Shown: positions 1-9,496, counted from the first letter of the stretch. The stretch: DNA of 64,000 nucleotides from a bacterium (GCA_002715585.2 PAZJ02000005.1:67482-131481), one strand, 5' to 3'. Program-made: numbers and translations. The notes: a model not told the origin generated them from the letters alone.

Positions 1-2580
1 CCAGATTTGGATTATATCTCTGGTCTATCGCCATCTGTATCGGTTGATCAAAAAACTTTTATGAGAAATCCTAGATCTACTGTTGCAACTATTACAGAAA
101 TTTATGACTTCATTAGACTGGGTTTTTCAAAACTTGGCGTTCCTAAGTGTTATCAATGTGGGGGTGAAATGTCATCAGGATCTGTTGAAACAGTGTTAGA
201 TCGCCTAGAAAAAGAAAATTTATTGAATAAAAGTATTGATATCTTCTACCCAATTTCAATGGGTAAAAAAGGTGAATTTAAAAAGGAAATTGAATTTGCT
301 TCTAGATTTTTTACTATTGCCAGGTTAGAGGGGAAAACTATTGATATTTCACAAATAAAACCATTAGAAAAGCAAAAAAAACATAATCTTGAAATATATA
401 TTGATTCTATTAATTCACCTAAGAAAAATTTAAAAAAACTTAAATCTTCCTTGGATGTTGGATTCTTGTATGGTGAGGGAATTCTAATAGTTGAAGCTGA
501 TGATAAAAGATTTATTTTTAACTCCGAACTGACTTGCAACAAATGTGGAATTAGCTATCCGGAAATCTCCCCGAGACTTTTTTCGTTTAACAGCCCTTAT
601 GGTTGTTGTAATCATTGTGAAGGTATGGGTCAATTTGAATTCGTTGACGAGAATCATGTTGTTAATTTTGATAAATCGATAAATGACAATGCAATTTTAC
701 CTTTTATATCTTTATCCCAATATAAGAAGCAAGTTAAAGAATTTGCCATAGAAAATTCAATAGATTTAAAAAAAACATTCGCTAAATTATCAAAAAAGCA
801 TCAAAATCTGATTCTTTATGGGGATGAATCAACAAATGTTTCTGATTATTTAAAAAATTATAATAAAGCAAGCAAAGATTTTCCCGGTGTTATAAATATA
901 TTACAAAACTGGATTTTGAAGTCCAAAACCGAAGATTCCTTTGAGGCTCTTTCAAAATATATCTCAATCAAAAAGTGTGATTTTTGTGAAGGCACAAGGC
1001 TTAGAAGAGAGGCAAGATATATATTTATCAATGGTAAAAATATATCAGAATTTTGTAGTTTAAACATTTTAGATGCTATGAATTTTGTTGATGATGTAAA
1101 ATTTTCGGGAACAAAAAAAGAAATATGGAAAAAGATTAAACCCGAAATAAGATCAAGATTAACTTTTTTGAAAGATGTTGGTTTGTCATATTTAAATCTT
1201 GATAGAAGTGCTCCTACATTGTCTGGTGGAGAGGCACAAAGGATAAGGTTGGCCACTCAATTAGGTGCTAATTTAACAGGTGTTACATATGTTCTTGATG
1301 AGCCAACAATAGGTCTACATCCCAGAGATAACTCAAGACTTGTTGGTGCACTTAAATCCTTAAGAGATAAAGGCAATACTGTTTTAGTCGTCGAGCATGA
1401 CGAAGATACAATAATGAATGCTGATAATATAGTTGATATTGGACCCAAGGCAGGTATAAACGGTGGCAAGATTGTATATGCCGGAAATTTAAGCGGCATC
1501 AAAAAATCTAAGAATTCACTAACTGGTAAGTACCTAAATCGAGAGAAAAAGATTACACAAAACATTAAAGACTTTAAAGCCGATACAAAAAAAATTTCAA
1601 TATCTAATATTACAAAAAATAATCTAAAAAATATAAGTATAGATCTACCATTAGGCCATATAATATGTGTCACCGGAGTCTCTGGATCTGGAAAAAGTTC
1701 TTTAGTGTCGCATACTATTTTTCCACTGTTATCAAAATATATAAACAATCCTAACAAAAAAAACAATTATAAAGAGTCTATAAAAGGTGTAGAGAATATT
1801 GATAAAGTGATAAACATTGATCAGTCCCCAATAGGGAGGTCTTCACGTTCCAATCCCGTTACCTATACTGGAATTTTTTCAACAATTAGAGATATTTTTT
1901 CATCTTTACAAATATCTAAAATGAAGGGATACGGTCCAGGTAGATTTAGTTTTAATGTAAAAGAGGGTAGTTGTAGTAGCTGCTCAGGAGCAGGCTTCAA
2001 TAAAATTGAAATGAGTTTTTTGCCAGATGTTTCTGTTATATGTGAGGAGTGTCAAGGGAAAAGGTTTGATGAACAGACCTTAGAGGTTTTGTATAATGGT
2101 AAAAATATAGCCGAGGTTTTAGATATGACATTTGAGGAAGCAGAAATTTTTTTCGCTGGTTTTCCAATATTAAGCTCAAAAATCTCAGTTTTAAATTCGG
2201 TTGGCCTTCATTATCTTAAATTAGGCCAATCGGCCACAACTCTTTCAGGCGGAGAAGCTCAAAGAATCAAATTATCTAAGGAGTTAATTAAAAAAAATAC
2301 AGGCCAGACTTTTTATATCTTAGATGAACCAACAATAGGATTACATTATCAGGATGTTGATAACTTAATGAATGTTATTTATAAGCTTAGAGATTCAGGA
2401 AGTACTATACTAATAGTTGAACATAATCTGGATGTCATAAATTGTTCAGATTATATTATAGATCTTGGGCCCGAAGGTGGCCAGGGTGGCGGCTATTTGC
2501 AATTTATGGGACAAAGAGCTGATTTTATATCCACTGGATCTGGAGAGACCCTTGATTATCTCAAAAAACATATCTTGTAA
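1..2580 (+). CDS. uvrA: Excinuclease ABC subunit A (UvrA), 5' end cut by window edge
   Basis: Frame is open from base 1 (track starts at internal TTG 7). SGLSPSVSVDQK..NPRSTV; two ABC modules with Walker A GVSGSGKSSL and two LSGGEAQR signatures; CxxC zinc-finger pairs. Confidence 0.95.
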   Translation, partial: PDLDYISGLSPSVSVDQKTFMRNPRSTVATITEIYDFIRLGFSKLGVPKCYQCGGEMSSGSVETVLDRLEKENLLNKSIDIFYPISMGKKGEFKKEIEFASRFFTIARLEGKTIDISQIKPLEKQKKHNLEIYIDSINSPKKNLKKLKSSLDVGFLYGEGILIVEADDKRFIFNSELTCNKCGISYPEISPRLFSFNSPYGCCNHCEGMGQFEFVDENHVVNFDKSINDNAILPFISLSQYKKQVKEFAIENSIDLKKTFAKLSKKHQNLILYGDESTNVSDYLKNYNKASKDFPGVINILQNWILKSKTEDSFEALSKYISIKKCDFCEGTRLRREARYIFINGKNISEFCSLNILDAMNFVDDVKFSGTKKEIWKKIKPEIRSRLTFLKDVGLSYLNLDRSAPTLSGGEAQRIRLATQLGANLTGVTYVLDEPTIGLHPRDNSRLVGALKSLRDKGNTVLVVEHDEDTIMNADNIVDIGPKAGINGGKIVYAGNLSGIKKSKNSLTGKYLNREKKITQNIKDFKADTKKISISNITKNNLKNISIDLPLGHIICVTGVSGSGKSSLVSHTIFPLLSKYINNPNKKNNYKESIKGVENIDKVINIDQSPIGRSSRSNPVTYTGIFSTIRDIFSSLQISKMKGYGPGRFSFNVKEGSCSSCSGAGFNKIEMSFLPDVSVICEECQGKRFDEQTLEVLYNGKNIAEVLDMTFEEAEIFFAGFPILSSKISVLNSVGLHYLKLGQSATTLSGGEAQRIKLSKELIKKNTGQTFYILDEPTIGLHYQDVDNLMNVIYKLRDSGSTILIVEHNLDVINCSDYIIDLGPEGGQGGGYLQFMGQRADFISTGSGETLDYLKKHIL

Positions 2581-2586
2581 AAAAAA

Positions 2587-2838
2587 TTACAAAGGATTTG
2601 TCATCAAAGATGCTAGAATGCTTAGTATTATGAAAACTCCAATAAAAGTAATCATTATGTAACAATGTTTGTAGGTAGTGCCTTTGTGAACATTGGGAAC
2701 TCTATCTGGGTAAGGCAAGACTTTATGTTCATTTTCAGATGAAATTTCTTCATTTACATCATTAGTAGAATCAGAAATTGTTTCTTTAACTTCTGTGTTT
2801 TCAGCTTCCGAAGATTGCTCTTTAATTTCTTCACTCAC
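2587..2838 (-). CDS. Hypothetical small protein: acidic N-terminal half, single C-terminal TM helix
   Basis: 83-aa ORF with GTG start and no SD. E/D/S-rich N-terminus, then IMITFIGVFIILSILASLM. It is the only ORF in an otherwise ~400-nt gap in a very compact genome. Confidence 0.35.
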   Translation of the reverse strand: MSEEIKEQSSEAENTEVKETISDSTNDVNEEISSENEHKVLPYPDRVPNVHKGTTYKHCYIMITFIGVFIILSILASLMTNPL

Positions 2839-2978
2839 ACTTAAAAAATATCATAACTTAACTTTTATGCAATGAATTCAGGGATGGTTACTTTTTTTAT
2901 ACTACTACCTAAATAGATATTCTGATATAGAATATGAATATTATTTTTTTAGAATTTTATTCTAACGGAGGCAAGAAT

Positions 2979-3821
2979 ATGGCAGAATACGCAAATCCAG
3001 ATGTATTAGTAAGTACAGAATGGGTTCAAGAAAACATAGGCAAAGACGGAATTAAAATTATCGAATCCAATGAGGATATTTTACTTTATGATATTGGTCA
3101 CATAGAAGGAGCAATTAAGTTAGATTGGGAGACTGAGCTTCAGGACAAATTGGTTAGAGACTATATTGATAAAGATAATTTTGAAAAGCTAATGTCTTTA
3201 AAAGGGATATCACGTGATGATACTGTTGTTTTTTATGGAGATAAAAGTAATTGGTGGGCATGTTATGCGCTATGGACATTTAAGGTTTATGGGCATGAGA
3301 AATGTTTAATAATGAATGGTGGAAGACAAAAATGGATTGATGAAAAAAGAGATATTACGAAGGATGTAATTGATTACTCATCTACAGATTACAAAGTCGA
3401 TTCAACAAATGATGAAATTAGAGCCTTTAGAGATGAAGTAAAAAAACACAGCGATTCAGGGCTATTGTTAATTGATGTAAGGTCTCCAAAAGAATATTCA
3501 GGTGAATTGTTACATATGGAAGCATATCCTCAAGAAGGTGCACTTCGAGGTGGGCACATACCAAATGCGAAGAGTGTTCCCTGGGCTACAGCTGCAAACG
3601 AGGATGGTACTTTTAAAAGTGCTGATGAATTAACTGCGATTTATAAAGAGGGTGCAGGCCTTGATCCAAATCAAGATATAATTGCATATTGTAGGATTGG
3701 TGAAAGATCTTCTCATACATGGTTTGTTCTAAAGTATTTACTTGGATATGAAAGTGTCAAAAATTATGATGGATCGTGGACCGAATGGGGAAATTTAGTC
3801 AAAGCTCCTATTGAAAAGTAA
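2979..3821 (+). CDS. Thiosulfate sulfurtransferase (tandem rhodanese domains)
   Basis: ATG 2979 is preceded by GGAGG; the track start at 2934 has no RBS. Active-site loop [15 protein letters not shown] is of the CRxGx[R/T] thiosulfate-sulfurtransferase type. Confidence 0.85.
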   Translation: MAEYANPDVLVSTEWVQENIGKDGIKIIESNEDILLYDIGHIEGAIKLDWETELQDKLVRDYIDKDNFEKLMSLKGISRDDTVVFYGDKSNWWACYALWTFKVYGHEKCLIMNGGRQKWIDEKRDITKDVIDYSSTDYKVDSTNDEIRAFRDEVKKHSDSGLLLIDVRSPKEYSGELLHMEAYPQEGALRGGHIPNAKSVPWATAANEDGTFKSADELTAIYKEGAGLDPNQDIIAYCRIGERSSHTWFVLKYLLGYESVKNYDGSWTEWGNLVKAPIEK

Positions 3822-3860
3822 TATACTTTATTTTAATTTAACTTTAAGTTACATTATGAA

Positions 3861-3898
3861 ATCTAAGCAAATTAGCTAAAAAGCTAATTTGCTTAGAT
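3861..3898 (+). terminator. Perfect 17-bp stem / 4-nt loop hairpin between the rhodanese and SufU-like genes (intrinsic terminator or operator)
   Basis: atctaagcaaattagct-aaaa-agctaatttgcttagat, followed by the T-rich atattattttaatt. It ends 12 nt before ATG 3911. Confidence 0.5.
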
Positions 3899-3910
3899 AT
3901 TATTTTAATT

Positions 3911-4345
3911 ATGGCACAGGATAAGCAAGAATTGATGGATTTTATATTGGATCATTACGAGAATCCAAGAAATGCTGGTACAATTGAAGGCCCAGATAAA
4001 AAATTGATCAGTGATGCGGACATCTGCCAAAATGGTGGGAATCCTGGATGCGGAGATATTGTTACAATTTGTCTTAAAGTTGATAATGGTAAAATTGTGG
4101 ATATTAAATTTGAGGGAGAAGGCTGTATTGTAAGCCAAGCTGGAACTTCAATCATCACCGAGAAGGTATTAGGTAAAGATTTAGAAGATGTTTTAGCCAT
4201 GGGGCCCGAGATGATGACTGAAATATTGGGAGAAGAACTAACTTTATCAAGGCCTAAATGTGCTACATTAGGATTAGCAACTGTAAAGCTAGCCATTACT
4301 CAGCTCAGAAGAGATGAAATGAAGAAGGCTAATAATATAGAATAA
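3911..4345 (+). CDS. NifU/SufU-family Fe-S cluster scaffold protein
   Basis: Three conserved Cys contexts: NPGCGD, GEGCIVSQAG, RPKCATLG (SufU-like R.KCATL). Confidence 0.85.
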   Translation: MAQDKQELMDFILDHYENPRNAGTIEGPDKKLISDADICQNGGNPGCGDIVTICLKVDNGKIVDIKFEGEGCIVSQAGTSIITEKVLGKDLEDVLAMGPEMMTEILGEELTLSRPKCATLGLATVKLAITQLRRDEMKKANNIE

Positions 4346-4408
4346 TATATTTTTCATATACCTTTTTTTGTTTATAATATACTCAAGGACCAATATGGGA
4401 GAATAACA

Positions 4409-5764
4409 ATGGCAAAGAAAAATGGCAAAAATGGAAACGGGAAAGTTAATTATGATGCGGCTTTAAATTACCCTTTATTTGAAGCGATCTTTAATCGTAG
4501 ATCTAGAAGATTTGGAGCTGGTATGGAGCTTCCCTCGGATAGTAGCCTGGGGCATAAGTCTGAAATCCCCCCAATAGCTTTGACTGAATTTCAAGAGGCT
4601 ATGTTAGTCTGGGCAGGTACTGGATTAACAGGACTGTGTCTGGCTGACTTACCACCAGAAAATGGAATTGATTTATTATGCCAGTGGACTGGTAGAACTT
4701 GGCCTTCTGCATGTAATAATCATGGAACGGAATTATTTTTTACTAACGATTCAGGCTTATATTGGGTAGATGTTAAAAATATGCTTCCTAAAGATAAAGA
4801 GCTAGATATGTTTTTTAAACTTGATCGAGATGACAAAATTGACAGATTGTTAGAATTATATAGAGATGGACTTGTTAAATTGGAGGATGGAAGGGCTAAT
4901 TTGCCTGATAAGATGCCTGGTCTTTTTGATTTTAATCAATGGAATACAAACAAGCCCGGCACTACCACTTTTATTCCTGTTACAGACATAACTGAAGAAT
5001 ATTTAAATTTATTAACCTTATATTGTAGCAGCACTTATGCATTTAACATTTGGGATGAAAAACATAACAGGTCCTGTGGGCAAGATAAGTGGATCAAATC
5101 TGGAAGAATTAAAGAAGAAGTTAAAATGTCTTTGTATGATCTTGAGGTTAGAATTTTAACAGGGTTAAATGTTGAGCAGGCATTTATTTGTCAAAATATG
5201 TCTTTAGCGTTACAAGCGCTTGGCCTAGGTGGATGGACTTTTACAGGTTTAATTCCTAGATTTACATTAGGTTCAAATCCAGAACTTTTTAAAGGTTTAG
5301 GTTTTAGATTTGAGCAGCCTAAGTCTGGACCAACTAGACCTGTTGGTAGAGATGGAGTTTTTCAAGGATATTGTCCCCCATATTATAAATCAATGTCAGA
5401 GGCTTATGATGCTATGGATTCTCATAAATGGGCAGCTTGGGATAGTAGCAAAAAACCTTTTCCTTATGAAGAGCCCGATAAGCATTTAGTTAAAGCTCCT
5501 AGACCTACTGATACCACGAGTGAAATTGTCAAATCTGTTGCAGATTATATTTATGATGCTTATGGATCATTTCCAGCTTTTGTTGATCCTATGTATATGA
5601 GATTGGTTTTTCAAGCACAAAACTTAGATCTCGACTTCTATGATAAGTACTATCCGCCTGGATCATATACTGATCAACATGTTAATACATTTAAATATTT
5701 TCAACCTGAAATTAAAAATCCTTATTCCCAAAAACCTTCTAAAAAATATCCTTGGGATAAGTAG
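4409..5764 (+). CDS. Atypically large nitroreductase-superfamily protein (451 aa), function unknown
   Basis: N-terminal FNRRSRRF and distal FICQNMSLALQALGLGGWTF (FMN-binding hallmarks). GGGAG SD about 8 nt upstream of ATG. Confidence 0.7.
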   Translation: MAKKNGKNGNGKVNYDAALNYPLFEAIFNRRSRRFGAGMELPSDSSLGHKSEIPPIALTEFQEAMLVWAGTGLTGLCLADLPPENGIDLLCQWTGRTWPSACNNHGTELFFTNDSGLYWVDVKNMLPKDKELDMFFKLDRDDKIDRLLELYRDGLVKLEDGRANLPDKMPGLFDFNQWNTNKPGTTTFIPVTDITEEYLNLLTLYCSSTYAFNIWDEKHNRSCGQDKWIKSGRIKEEVKMSLYDLEVRILTGLNVEQAFICQNMSLALQALGLGGWTFTGLIPRFTLGSNPELFKGLGFRFEQPKSGPTRPVGRDGVFQGYCPPYYKSMSEAYDAMDSHKWAAWDSSKKPFPYEEPDKHLVKAPRPTDTTSEIVKSVADYIYDAYGSFPAFVDPMYMRLVFQAQNLDLDFYDKYYPPGSYTDQHVNTFKYFQPEIKNPYSQKPSKKYPWDK

Positions 5765-5775
5765 AATTTATAGAA

Positions 5776-7467
5776 TTAAGAATTGAGAGAGTCCCAGGTG
5801 TCACCAGTGACACCTTCTTCTCTTAGTTTAGCTTTTTGAACCCTGTTAGTTGGAGTTTTGGGTAAAGTATCACGGAATCTTATAAATCTAGGTATCATAA
5901 ATTTAGGCATAATTGGTTTTAAAAACTCTATTATTTCCTTAGGATCTAAATTTTCGTCATTTTCTTTGACTACAACAATCATTACTTCATCCTCAGAATA
6001 CCTGCCTTCCTCATCGACCTTCACGGCAATAGCTGCAGCTTCATTTATTTTAGGATGTGAGGAAACCATGTTTTCTACTTCAAAAGAGCTAATATTTTCA
6101 CCTCTACGCCTTATATAATCTTTAACTCTATCCATAAAAAAGATGTATCCATCATCATCTTTTCTGCATAAATCCCCAGTATGGAACCAAAAATTTCTAA
6201 AATCTGATACAGTTTTTTCGGGCATTTTATGATAATAATGTAAACAAATATTTGGTATTCTGGGTCTTAGTACAAGCTCACCAGGAGTATCAGGAGGTAA
6301 TTCCTCGTCTGTATCAGGATTAACAATTTTTATTTCATATCCTGGGGACTCTTTTCCACACGAACCAATTCTAAATGGTTCACCAGGTCTCATGAATGTG
6401 CATTGCCCCACTTCGGTTAACCCGTATCCTTCCATAAATTTAATATCAAATCTTTCCATGAAATCCTCAATAATATCATGCGGCGCAGGACTTCCTAATA
6501 CAAGTTTAACTTCGTGTTCTTTTTCTTCAGGCACAACAGGTGCATTCCACATAAAATATGACATAACACCAACTAAATTAAATTTTGTAATCCTAAAATC
6601 TTTCATCCATTTCCAAAAATTACTTGCAGAATATTTTTCTTCAACCACTACTTTGGCTCCTTGAATCATTGCAGGATAAACTCCCATGACCATTGCGTTA
6701 GAATGGAATAATGGTAAACAAGTGAAGACTATGTCATCAGAAGTAATATCCATTATTAATGAATAATTCATTGCTGAAGAATAATCCGCAGCACATGGCC
6801 TCACGACTCCCTTAGATCGCCCAGTTGTTCCTGATGTATACATGAGTCTTGCATGATCTAAATGTGTTATTTCTACATTTGGCTCATTTTTATCGCCGGA
6901 TTCCACAAATTCTTTCCATGAATATATTTTCGCTTTACCTTTATAATTCATTAGATTTAATGACCCTTTTTCTTCTCTAGGCCATACAATAACATTTTCG
7001 ATTAAAGGAATCCTATCATCAATATTCTTTAGACGATCCATATATTCTTCCGCAATTATAAGTATTTTAGAGTCAGAACTTTCTATTATGTACTGTAAAA
7101 AATCCATAACATATGCAGTATTTATTGGAACCATTATTGATCCATTTTTTAAAATACCAAACCATGATAAGCACAATTCCAAGGAGTTTGGCATATACAC
7201 CGAAACTTTCTCTCCTTTTTTTACGCCTAATTTATTTAGGGAATTTGCAATTTGGTTAGCTAAGGTATTAACTTCAGAATAGGTTAAAGGATTATTATAG
7301 CTAAATTGAAGAAAATCTTTAGTGCCATTTCTTTCGGACTGCTTTTTTAATACTTTCGGTAAAACCCATTCTTTTTGATCGCTTTTTGTATTCCAAAAAT
7401 AATCAAAATCTGTTTTCCATTCATAATCTACAGGATGTTGTAAATCTTTTTTTTCAAATTTTTTCAT
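5776..7467 (-). CDS. ATP-dependent acyl-CoA ligase (AMP-forming, CaiC-like)
   Basis: YTSGTTGRSKGV, GYGLTE, FHTGDL..DRVKDYIRRRGENIS, C-terminal ..GDTWD. Confidence 0.88.
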   Translation of the reverse strand: MKKFEKKDLQHPVDYEWKTDFDYFWNTKSDQKEWVLPKVLKKQSERNGTKDFLQFSYNNPLTYSEVNTLANQIANSLNKLGVKKGEKVSVYMPNSLELCLSWFGILKNGSIMVPINTAYVMDFLQYIIESSDSKILIIAEEYMDRLKNIDDRIPLIENVIVWPREEKGSLNLMNYKGKAKIYSWKEFVESGDKNEPNVEITHLDHARLMYTSGTTGRSKGVVRPCAADYSSAMNYSLIMDITSDDIVFTCLPLFHSNAMVMGVYPAMIQGAKVVVEEKYSASNFWKWMKDFRITKFNLVGVMSYFMWNAPVVPEEKEHEVKLVLGSPAPHDIIEDFMERFDIKFMEGYGLTEVGQCTFMRPGEPFRIGSCGKESPGYEIKIVNPDTDEELPPDTPGELVLRPRIPNICLHYYHKMPEKTVSDFRNFWFHTGDLCRKDDDGYIFFMDRVKDYIRRRGENISSFEVENMVSSHPKINEAAAIAVKVDEEGRYSEDEVMIVVVKENDENLDPKEIIEFLKPIMPKFMIPRFIRFRDTLPKTPTNRVQKAKLREEGVTGDTWDSLNS

Positions 7468-8618
7468 TAGCTGAATGCACCCTGTTTTGGAACAGCGACA
7501 AGCATTTCCATTGTTAAAACTCTAATCTTACCATCTTTAATATTTACAACTCCTTTAAATCCAGCTTTTTCAAAAGCTTTCATTCCGGCTTCCGTGACAA
7601 TTTTTTCACCAATTAATTCTATTTTAAGAATTCCTAAATCATTTCTATTATTAATTTCCAGCATTTCTTTAACAACAAAGCTGCCTATGATTTTTTCATC
7701 ATCATCATTCTTAGAATTAAAAAGACTTTGAATAATATTTCCTGGATAGGTTGGTGCATCATGTGACCCACTTAACATTCCTAAAAAATAAGCATGGGGC
7801 ATGTGACAACTTATTTCACCTTCTACAGTAGATTTAATAGCGCCACCATATCCAATAAAGTTCGAATTAGGATTATGGTGAACACTTGCATCATTCAAAG
7901 TGGATATTTGTAACCATGAAAAATCAACTAAATTAATAGATTTTTGAAAATTACCATGATACTTTTCGTTAACTTTAAAATCTTCAAAGACCTTACCTTC
8001 ATTACCTAAAGAATCTTTACTTAAATTTTTAAATTCCTTTGGTAGCACTAGCAAATTCAAATTAATATCCTTGGGTTGAATTTCAAGGTTCGATATTGCA
8101 TTCATTTTCACACCCGGAGTTGCTCTAAGCAAAACCTGTCTTACATATTCTATAACAATTTCATCGCGTTGATTTGTTATGATTGTTTTAACTTGAACCG
8201 AACCATTTGAAGCCCCATCTTTTTTAACCTCAATGCCGATCACTTTTGACTTACCAAAGAGGACATCGCCTTCGTAAACAGGTTCTCCATATTTTAAGTT
8301 TTTATAAGATAAATTTGCAATAGCATTGAAAGAAATATCATGAACACTTAATCCAAAGCCAACATTAAACAAATATCCCTGACTTACTACGCCTGGTTTC
8401 TCTATATTAAATTTATTTGATTTTATATTTTGTTCTGGATCAATATAGCCATTAGATTCAGCAAAATTACTATCTGCACCTAGCAAAAAACCTTTTTGAA
8501 ATTTTTTTATATATTCTTTATTTCTGTAAGGTGTAATTTGAATACAACCATGGTGAAGTTCTTCACCGATGATAAATTCATCAATATATTTTGAAGAAAT
8601 TAGACTTTGGATATTCAT
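7467..8618 (-). CDS. MaoC-like double hot-dog (enoyl-/acyl-CoA) hydratase
   Basis: 383 aa with a MaoC-type segment (NLSYKNLKYGEPVYEGDVL..VQVKTIITNQRDE). SD GGGGG upstream. TAATG stop/start overlap with the ligase. Confidence 0.7.
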   Translation of the reverse strand: MNIQSLISSKYIDEFIIGEELHHGCIQITPYRNKEYIKKFQKGFLLGADSNFAESNGYIDPEQNIKSNKFNIEKPGVVSQGYLFNVGFGLSVHDISFNAIANLSYKNLKYGEPVYEGDVLFGKSKVIGIEVKKDGASNGSVQVKTIITNQRDEIVIEYVRQVLLRATPGVKMNAISNLEIQPKDINLNLLVLPKEFKNLSKDSLGNEGKVFEDFKVNEKYHGNFQKSINLVDFSWLQISTLNDASVHHNPNSNFIGYGGAIKSTVEGEISCHMPHAYFLGMLSGSHDAPTYPGNIIQSLFNSKNDDDEKIIGSFVVKEMLEINNRNDLGILKIELIGEKIVTEAGMKAFEKAGFKGVVNIKDGKIRVLTMEMLVAVPKQGAFS

Positions 8619-8671
8619 TTTGCCCCCTTGTTAATACCATAAAGGTTACATTATTAACATTTCATATCAAT

Positions 8672-9394
8672 TTAATCAGAGTTTAATTTTGCTATTATTA
8701 TGCCAATTTCATAAAAAATTATCAAAGGCACCAGCATAAAAAGCATTGAAATTACATCTGTTGTTGGAGTTAAAATTGCGGATAAAATAGTAGATATTAA
8801 AATAGCATATTTTCTTTTAGAAGCTAAAAAATTTGAGGATGTAAGCCCTATTTTTGAAAGTAGATAAATTACAAGTGGATACTCAAAAATTATACCAAAA
8901 CTCAAAATCAAAGATGTCAGAAATCCTATTGTATCCGAAATATTTGGAAAAGCTGTTATGATTTCATTGGTATATTCATTTAGTAAAAATTTAAATGCGA
9001 CAGGTGCCACAAAAATAAAACAGAATGCAGCACCAAGAAAAAATAGTGATGATCCAAAAAAAATTACTATTGCCGTAAATTTAACTTCTTTTTCATATAA
9101 TGCAGGTTTAATAAAAGACCATATTTCGTAAATTATTATCGGGGTAGTTATTATAAAGCTTGATAAAAATGCTAACTTTATATTTGTTGAAAGCCCTTCT
9201 GTAGGTTTTGTGAAAATAATTTTTGAGTCCATAGGTAAATTTTGTATTATAGGATAGAGAGAAAGTTCCATTAATAGGTCTCTAAAATAAAAAGCTGGTA
9301 TAAAAAAAACTATCAAAAGAAGAATGATTTTAATAAAACTTTTTCTTAAGACACTAAAATGTTCTATAAATGTTAATTTTTGACTTTCACTCAC
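8672..9394 (-). CDS. tatC: Twin-arginine translocase subunit TatC
   Basis: 240 aa, about 6 TM. N-terminal LTFIEHFSVLRKSFIK and overall TatC layout. Confidence 0.85.
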   Translation of the reverse strand: MSESQKLTFIEHFSVLRKSFIKIILLLIVFFIPAFYFRDLLMELSLYPIIQNLPMDSKIIFTKPTEGLSTNIKLAFLSSFIITTPIIIYEIWSFIKPALYEKEVKFTAIVIFFGSSLFFLGAAFCFIFVAPVAFKFLLNEYTNEIITAFPNISDTIGFLTSLILSFGIIFEYPLVIYLLSKIGLTSSNFLASKRKYAILISTILSAILTPTTDVISMLFMLVPLIIFYEIGIIIAKLNSD

Positions 9395-9440
9395 TCTTAA
9401 ATCCTATATGTTGAAATTATTTTATCAATTTACTTAAAAA

Positions 9441-9469
9441 TTGACATATACCTATTGCTAAAATATATT
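9441..9469 (+). promoter_or_regulatory. Candidate sigma70 promoter for serA-hisZ-purA
   Basis: TTGACA-N17-TATATT. The predicted TSS lies about 20 nt upstream of TTG 9497. Confidence 0.4.
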
Positions 9470-9496
9470 TTTATTTTACATTCTGGAGGCCCTATT

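Noticed and set aside
246-1766. Antisense ORFs inside uvrA (246-542, 858-1256, 1257-1766), and similar shadow ORFs listed in the track inside the ligase gene, purA, phoH, purC, mfd, the protease gene, nadE, tyrS, the cox genes, umuC and the renalase-like gene
   Set aside because: Each lies entirely within, and opposite or out of frame to, a gene with strong homology. Their sequences are low-complexity, with no RBS and no motifs.
2934-2978. Track starts for the rhodanese gene (2934) and serA (9455)
   Set aside because: The downstream starts (ATG 2979, TTG 9497) have GGAGG SDs and match the usual N-termini. The 9455 start sits inside the predicted promoter.
5761-5790. Three closely spaced AGAATT copies at the convergent junction of the nitroreductase-fold and ligase genes
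   Set aside because: A short AT-rich hexamer repeat spanning two stop codons is likely chance.
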